From: an uncultured Candidatus Rokubacteria bacterium
GTDB lineage: Bacteria > Methylomirabilota > Methylomirabilia > Rokubacteriales > DASRDR01
Length of the DNA stretch: 64,000 nucleotides
NCBI GenBank assembly: GCA_963708025.1
Contig: CAVPSB010000044.1
Span: 81,877-145,876, forward strand
Reading direction: 5' to 3'
This document shows, one piece after another, positions 58,540-64,000 of this stretch; position 1 is the first letter of the stretch; each line of letters begins with the position of its first letter. Under the pieces are notes generated by a model. The model was not told the origin of the DNA, searched no databases, and saw only the letters and a program-made list of their open reading frames with translations. A program made the translations under genes and the position numbers.

Positions 58540-59440
58540 CGAGCCGCATCATCTCCTGGAAGGCCCGGTACCGCTCCTCGATCTCGCCGTCGTGGAGGCG
58601 CAGGAGCCGGTCGAGCGAGAAGTTCTCCACGGTGAACGACGCCATCACGCTGCCGTACACGATAGCACGCCGGAGCGCCGCCTCGTCGAGGGTGCCGGCC
58701 CGCGCGAGCGCGCCCATGAAGCCGCCGGCGAAGGTGTCGCCGGCCCCGGTCGGATCGAAGACCGAGTCGAGCGGGAACGCCGGCACGAAGAAGAAGCGGC
58801 CGTCGGTCACCATCAGCACCCCGTACTCGCCCCGCTTGATCACGACGATGCGGGGTCCGTACTCGAGCACCCGGCGGGCCGCCTTCACGAGGTTAGGCTC
58901 CTCGGTCAGCATCCGCGCCTCGGCGTCGTTCACGACGAGCGCGTCCACCTCACGCAGGACCCGGAGGAGGGCCTCGCGTTTGCCCTTGATCCAGAAGTTC
59001 ATGGTGTCCAGGGCGATCAGGCGGGGGCGGTCGACTTTCCGGAGGACGTCGAGCTGGAGCTCGGGGTCGATGTTGGCCAGGAACAGGAACGGCGTCCGGC
59101 GGAAGGCCTCGGGGAGCGTGGGCCGGAACTCAGCGAAGACCCCGAGCCGGGTGTCCAGCGTCTTGGCCTCGTTCAGATCGTAGCCGTACTCCCCGGCCCA
59201 GCGGAAGGTGGCGCCATCCGTGACCTGGAGGCCGGCCAGGTCAACGCCGCGCCGGGCCAGGAGATCCAGGTGCGCCTTCGGGAAGTCGCCGCCGACCACG
59301 GCGACGAGTCGCACCGGGGTGAAGAAGGAGGCCGCGTAGGAGAAGAAGGTCGCGGAGCCGCCCAGGACGTCCTCCGCCTTGCCGAACGGCGTCTGGACGG
59401 TGTCCAGCGCCACCGAGCCGACGACGAGCAGCTCAGCCAC
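58529..59440 (-). CDS. PfkB family (nucleoside/sugar) kinase
   Basis: VGSVALD, GGSATF, NDAEA, DPTGAGDTFAGGF. Confidence 0.92.
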   Translation of the reverse strand: MAELLVVGSVALDTVQTPFGKAEDVLGGSATFFSYAASFFTPVRLVAVVGGDFPKAHLDLLARRGVDLAGLQVTDGATFRWAGEYGYDLNEAKTLDTRLGVFAEFRPTLPEAFRRTPFLFLANIDPELQLDVLRKVDRPRLIALDTMNFWIKGKREALLRVLREVDALVVNDAEARMLTEEPNLVKAARRVLEYGPRIVVIKRGEYGVLMVTDGRFFFVPAFPLDSVFDPTGAGDTFAGGFMGALARAGTLDEAALRRAIVYGSVMASFTVENFSLDRLLRLHDGEIEERYRAFQEMMRLDEH

Positions 59441-60359
59441 GGCGTCGGGTCCCCTTTCGCCGGCCGGTGGCCGGACGGCGGGCCGGCCCGCGCGCCGCCG
59501 GGAAGTACTTGCCGATCAGCAGGTCGAGCCGCTTCCGGATCGTCGGCGGGAACCTGTCCGCCGGCGTGATGATCGCGTTCTCGAGCAGGCGCGGGCACGG
59601 GCAGGCCCGCGGGGGCCCGATCTCCGGGACCACCCGGCGGATGATGTCCTTGGCGGTCGTGGCGTTCTTCAGGAGGTTGGCGATGACCGCCTCCACGCTG
59701 ACCGCAGCCTCGCTCTCGTGCCACACGTCGTAGTCGGTGACCAGGGCCACCGTGGCGTAGCAGAGCTCCGCCTCGCGGGCCAGCTTGACCTCGGGCATGT
59801 TCGTCATCCCGATCACGTCCACGCCCCAGCCCCGGTAGATCTCGGACTCCGCCTTCGAGGAGAACTGCGGGCCCTCGATGCAGATGTAGGTGCCGCGGGG
59901 GTGGACACGGGCGCCGGTCGCCACTGCCGCCCGGTAGAGACGGCCGGCCAGGTCGGGGCAGACCGGGTCGGCCATCCCGACGTGGGCGCCGATCCCCTCC
60001 CCGAAGAACGACGAGACCCGCCGGCGGGTGTGGTCGTAGAACTGATCGACGACGACGAGGTCCAGCGGCGCGATCCCCTCGCGCATGCTGCCGACCGCGC
60101 TGAGGGAGACGACCCACTCGACGCCGAGGGCCTTGAGCCCGTAGATGTTGGCCCGGTAGTTCAGCTCGGAGGGCAGGAGCCGGTGCCCGCGCCCGTGGCG
60201 CGGCAGGAACACGATCTCGCGGGCGCCGAGGCGCCCGACGCAGTAGGCGTCGGAGGGGTCGCCGAACGGCGTCCGGACCTTCTCCCAGCGGACGCCGGTG
60301 AGCCCTTCCAGCTCGTAGAGGCCGCTCCCCCCGATCACCCCGATGCGCGGCTCAGGCAT
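59433..60359 (-). CDS. mtnP: S-methyl-5'-thioadenosine phosphorylase
   Basis: IGVIGGSG, TPFGDPS, LPRHG, EGPQFS, IGMT, VTDYD. Confidence 0.93.
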   Translation of the reverse strand: MPEPRIGVIGGSGLYELEGLTGVRWEKVRTPFGDPSDAYCVGRLGAREIVFLPRHGRGHRLLPSELNYRANIYGLKALGVEWVVSLSAVGSMREGIAPLDLVVVDQFYDHTRRRVSSFFGEGIGAHVGMADPVCPDLAGRLYRAAVATGARVHPRGTYICIEGPQFSSKAESEIYRGWGVDVIGMTNMPEVKLAREAELCYATVALVTDYDVWHESEAAVSVEAVIANLLKNATTAKDIIRRVVPEIGPPRACPCPRLLENAIITPADRFPPTIRKRLDLLIGKYFPAARGPARRPATGRRKGTRRRG

Positions 60360-60382
60360 GTGGCGATACCTCTTTTCGAGAC

Positions 60383-60478
60383 TGTTCGGGACCTCCCGCC
60401 CACCCGACCCCCCACGGCCTGGCCCCCCTCCCCCACCGTCGAGGCCTGGCGGGGAGGGGGGCGTCGGAGGACCCCCGT
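60383..60478. repeat. Intergenic repeat family 2 copy
   Basis: CTGTTCGGGACCTCCCGCCCACCC...CCCCCCTCCCC...GGGGAGGGGGG. Confidence 0.78.
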
Positions 60479-60500
60479 ACTTCACACGTCCGCGGTGGCG

Positions 60501-61838
60501 TCAGAGCGTCTCACCCAGGAGGCGCTCCCCGTCGAGCCCGGTGATCCGTACGCGCGCGAAGCTCCGGAGCAGCGCGTCCGGTCCGGCGAAGGCGACCTCT
60601 AGGTAGTTGTCGGTCAGGCCCACCAGCGCGCCCCCCTCGCGGTGCTCGAGCACTAGCACCTCCAGCTCGCGGCCGACCTGCGCGTGCCGGAAGGCGAGGC
60701 TCTTGTCGGCGCCCAGCTGGCGCAGGCGGGTCGTGCGCCGGCGTACCTCGGCCGGCGGCAGTCGCGGGATCGGAAGCCGGGCCGACTCGGTCCCACGCCG
60801 GTCGGAGTACGAGAAGACGTGGAGGTAGGTGAACGGGAGCGCCTCGAGCAGCGCCTCGGTGGCGGCGAACTCCTCGGCCCCCTCTCCCGGAAAGCCCGTG
60901 ATGACGTCGGCGCCGAGCCCGAGGTCGGGCAGCGTCGCCCCGAGTCGCTCGATCAGCGCCCGGTACAGGCGCACGTTGTACGGGCGCCGCATCGCCCGGA
61001 GCACCCGGTCGGCTCCGGACTGGAGCGGCACGTGGAGGTGACGGCAGACGCGCGGCTCGGCGGCGAGCGTCTCGATCAGCTCGGGTGTGAAGTACGCCGG
61101 CAGGATCGAGGAGAGCCGCAATCGGCGGAGGCCGCCGATCTCGAGGAGCCGGCGGACCAGCGCCGCCAGGGAGAGCCGCGGGGTGAGTTCCCAGCCGTAG
61201 TGGCCCAGGTCCACGCCGGTGAGGACGATCTCGCGGTAGCCGGCGGCGACGAGGGTCTCGACCTGCTCGACGACGATCGGGAGCGGCTGGCTCCGGCTCC
61301 CGCCGCGGGCGAACGGCACGATGCAGAAGGCACAGCGGTGCTGGCAGCCGTCCTGGACCTTGACGAAGGCGCGCGTGTAGCCCGGCGCGAACTTCCGGAG
61401 CGGGACCACCGGCAGCGGGCGCTCGTCGAAGACGTCCCCGACCCGGACCAGCGGGCGCACGCGCTTCCGGAGGCTCGTCAGCAGCGCCGGCAGCTCGTAC
61501 CGGTCGCGGGTGCCGAGGACCACGTCCACACCGGGGATCGCCGCCACCGCAGCCGGGTTGGTCTGCGCGTAGCAGCCGGTCACGACCACCAGCGCGTCCG
61601 GGTTCCGCGTCGCGGCGCGCCGGATGACCTGGCGGTCGGAATGGTCGGCGCGGGCAGTGACGGTGCAGGTGTTGATCACGTACAGCTGGGCCGGCGCCTC
61701 GAACGGGACGGTGCGGAAGCCGTGCGATTCCAGGAGAGCCTGCAGCTCGGTCGTGTCGTACTGGTTGAGCTTGCAGCCGAGCGTCGCGAAGGCGATGGTC
61801 ACCGGCTCCGAAGACCCCGCGACCGCCGCCTCAGGCAC
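60501..61838 (-). CDS. mtaB: tRNA t6A methylthiotransferase
   Basis: TLGCKLNQYD, NTCTVT, TGCYAQ, KVQDGCQHRCAFC, HVFSYSDR. Confidence 0.92.
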   Translation of the reverse strand: MPEAAVAGSSEPVTIAFATLGCKLNQYDTTELQALLESHGFRTVPFEAPAQLYVINTCTVTARADHSDRQVIRRAATRNPDALVVVTGCYAQTNPAAVAAIPGVDVVLGTRDRYELPALLTSLRKRVRPLVRVGDVFDERPLPVVPLRKFAPGYTRAFVKVQDGCQHRCAFCIVPFARGGSRSQPLPIVVEQVETLVAAGYREIVLTGVDLGHYGWELTPRLSLAALVRRLLEIGGLRRLRLSSILPAYFTPELIETLAAEPRVCRHLHVPLQSGADRVLRAMRRPYNVRLYRALIERLGATLPDLGLGADVITGFPGEGAEEFAATEALLEALPFTYLHVFSYSDRRGTESARLPIPRLPPAEVRRRTTRLRQLGADKSLAFRHAQVGRELEVLVLEHREGGALVGLTDNYLEVAFAGPDALLRSFARVRITGLDGERLLGETL

Positions 61839-62886
61839 TGAGGGTCTCGGTCGCGGTCCGTCGCTCCGGCGTTTGAAGCTGCCCGCAGGCGGCGCCCACG
61901 TCCTCGCCCTTGGACCAGCGGATCGTCGCCGTGAGCCCGGCGTCGAGCAGCACCCGCTGGAACGCCGCGATCCGCTCGGCCGGGGGCCGGCGGTAGCCCG
62001 AGTCGCTCCAGGCGTTGAAGGGGATCAGGTTCACCTTGGCCCGGATCCCGGCCAGGCGCCGCGCCAGCCGGCGCGCGTCCTCCACCCGGTCGTTCACCCC
62101 GTCGAGCAGGACGTACTCGAAGGTCATCCGCTGGCGCACCGGCAGCGGGAAGCGCCGGCACGCGGCCAGGAGCTCGTCCAGGCCGAAGCCCCGGTTCACC
62201 GGCATCAGCCGGCTCCGGACCTCGTCGGTGGCGGCGTGGAGCGAGATGGCGAGGTTCACCCGGAGGTTTTCCTTGGCGAGCCGCTCGATCCCCTGCACCA
62301 GGCCGACCGTCGAGACGGTGATCCGGCGCGGCGAGAAGCCGAACCCGTCCGGTGCGATCAGGATGCGGAGCGCCTTCACGGTCGCGGCATAGTTGGCGAG
62401 CGGCTCCCCCATCCCCATGAAGACGACGTGGGTGATCCGCTGGGTCCCGGCCACCTCCCGCGCCGCGAAGACCTGCCCAGCGATCTCGCCGGCGGTGAGG
62501 TTGCGGACGAGGCCCATGGTGCCGGTGTAGCAGAACGTGCAGCCGAACCCGCAGCCCACCTGCGTCGAGACGCAGAGGGTCAGCCGGTCGTCGTCGGGCA
62601 TCAGGACCGCGTGGACCGTCCGACCGTCGCCGAGACGGAGGACGAGCTTCTGGCTGCCGTCCCGGGAGCCGGCGCGGTCGCTGACCGTGGGCGGGGCCAC
62701 GACGGCCTCGGCCTCGAGGCGCGTCCGGAGGCTCTTCGGGAGGTCGGTCATCGCCGCGAAGTCGCGGACCCCCTTCTGGTAGACCCAGCCGGCGAGCTGG
62801 CGCCCCCGAAAGGCCGGCTCTCCCCAGCCCTCGGTCAGCCCGACGATCTCGTCCGGGGTCAATTCGAGCAGGTTCGTCGCGGACAT
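61831..62886 (-). CDS. rlmN: Dual-specificity RNA methyltransferase RlmN
   Basis: CVSTQVGCGFGCTFC, MGMGEP, ISLHA, VNLIPFN, AACGQL. Confidence 0.96.
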   Translation of the reverse strand: MSATNLLELTPDEIVGLTEGWGEPAFRGRQLAGWVYQKGVRDFAAMTDLPKSLRTRLEAEAVVAPPTVSDRAGSRDGSQKLVLRLGDGRTVHAVLMPDDDRLTLCVSTQVGCGFGCTFCYTGTMGLVRNLTAGEIAGQVFAAREVAGTQRITHVVFMGMGEPLANYAATVKALRILIAPDGFGFSPRRITVSTVGLVQGIERLAKENLRVNLAISLHAATDEVRSRLMPVNRGFGLDELLAACRRFPLPVRQRMTFEYVLLDGVNDRVEDARRLARRLAGIRAKVNLIPFNAWSDSGYRRPPAERIAAFQRVLLDAGLTATIRWSKGEDVGAACGQLQTPERRTATETLSA

Positions 62887-62970
62887 CGCGGAGCTAGGAT
62901 ACCGGATGGGTCGGAGGGGGTCAAACGAGCGACCGCGCACGGCGCCGCGCAGGGAGCGCGGGCTGCGGGA

Positions 62971-64000
62971 TCAGCGTGCCGGCCCGTTGCCGCGCGTGAG
63001 GATCGCCGCCAGCTCGTCCGGGTCGATCGGCTTCACCATGTGGGCATGGAATCCAGCCTCGCGGGAGCGCTCGGCGTCCTCCGGCTGGCCGTAGCCCGTC
63101 ACGGCCACCAGCAGCACGCCCTGGCCGCTCGGCGCCGCCCGGATGCCCCGGGCCACGCCGTAGCCGTCGAGACCCGGCAGCCCCACGTCGATGAGGGCGA
63201 CCTCCGGACGCGAGGCGAGCGCCAGCTCGAGCCCCCGGCGCCCGTCGCCTGCCTCCTCGACGCGGTGGCCCCAGGTCTCGAGCAACATCCGCAGCCCCTC
63301 ACGGGCGTCGCGATTGTCTTCGATCACGAGGATGCGACGCGAGCGGGACGATCCGGTCGTCGGTTCCGGTGGCGGCGCCGGGGGCAGTGCCTCCAGCCGG
63401 AGCGGCAAGCGCACGAGGAACTCGCTGCCCCGCTCCGGACCCGGGCTCGTGGCCGCCACGCGGCCGCCGTGCAGCTCGACGAGCCGCCTCACCAGCGTCA
63501 GCCCGAGGCCGAGGCCGCCCATCGACCGATCGAGCGAGCGCTCGGCCTGGACGAACAGGTCGAAGACCCGCGGGAGAACGTCCGGCGCGATGCCAGCCCC
63601 CGTGTCGCTCACCCGGAGGACGGCCTCGTCGCCCTCACGACGAATCGAGACGGAGACGCGGCCGCCGGTCGGCGTGTACTTGAGGGCATTGTCGAGCAGG
63701 TTGCGGACCACCTGCTCCAGGCGGGTCGGGTCTCCGTCCACGAAAGCCGGTTCCGTGTCGGCCTGGATGTCGTGGCGTCCGGTCTTGCCCTCGTGCTCCA
63801 GCGCCGCCAGGCTGTGCGCCACGGTCTCCCGGAGGTCGACCGCCTGGGGGTGCAGCAGGATCTTGCCGCTGGTGAGCCGCGACACGTCGAGCAGGTCGTC
63901 CAGCAGCCGGGCCAGGTGGTGCGTCTGCCGGCCGATGATGTCCTGGAGCCGCGTGGCCTGATCGCCGATCTGATGGAGCACCCGGGTGGCATTACTGATC
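62971..64000 (-). CDS. Hybrid sensor kinase (HATPase + C-terminal REC), 5' end outside window
   Basis: LLDVSR, NLLDNALKYT, DTGAG, GLGLGL; REC IEDN, IDVGLP, KP. Confidence 0.92.
   Translation of the reverse strand, partial: ISNATRVLHQIGDQATRLQDIIGRQTHHLARLLDDLLDVSRLTSGKILLHPQAVDLRETVAHSLAALEHEGKTGRHDIQADTEPAFVDGDPTRLEQVVRNLLDNALKYTPTGGRVSVSIRREGDEAVLRVSDTGAGIAPDVLPRVFDLFVQAERSLDRSMGGLGLGLTLVRRLVELHGGRVAATSPGPERGSEFLVRLPLRLEALPPAPPPEPTTGSSRSRRILVIEDNRDAREGLRMLLETWGHRVEEAGDGRRGLELALASRPEVALIDVGLPGLDGYGVARGIRAAPSGQGVLLVAVTGYGQPEDAERSREAGFHAHMVKPIDPDELAAILTRGNGPAR

Overview
High-GC bacterial chromosome segment with almost all genes on the minus strand. Gene content and repeat style suggest Methylomirabilota/Rokubacteria-like origin (inference only). 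Left part: housekeeping run prfB (programmed +1 frameshift), lnt, phosphoesterase, nusB, ribH/ribBA/ribE/ribD, ftsY, rodZ, smc, CPBP protease, secA, csp, recN, nadK, tlyA, manC/manB fusion, rhomboid, two M16 peptidases and a HIT protein. Middle: a signalling cluster (REC-HD-GYP, a histidine pseudokinase with His->Glu, two lone receivers), a decayed island at tRNA-Ala(CGC), nfeD-SPFH, and an ABC importer plus agmatinase-family gene interrupted by glyQS. Right part: sufSU, a form II CODH-like (AYRGAGR) molybdoenzyme cluster with maturation genes, larE-larB-[TPP decarboxylase]-larC with no larA in the window, then pfkB, mtnP, mtaB, rlmN and a hybrid kinase. The most striking non-coding signal is a set of modular intergenic repeats. 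It includes a 125-225 bp element with compensatory base changes that sits directly on TAG stop codons, and a ~20-bp hairpin module present as filled versus empty sites inside other repeats. Several single-base frameshifts in essential genes look like sequencing errors.
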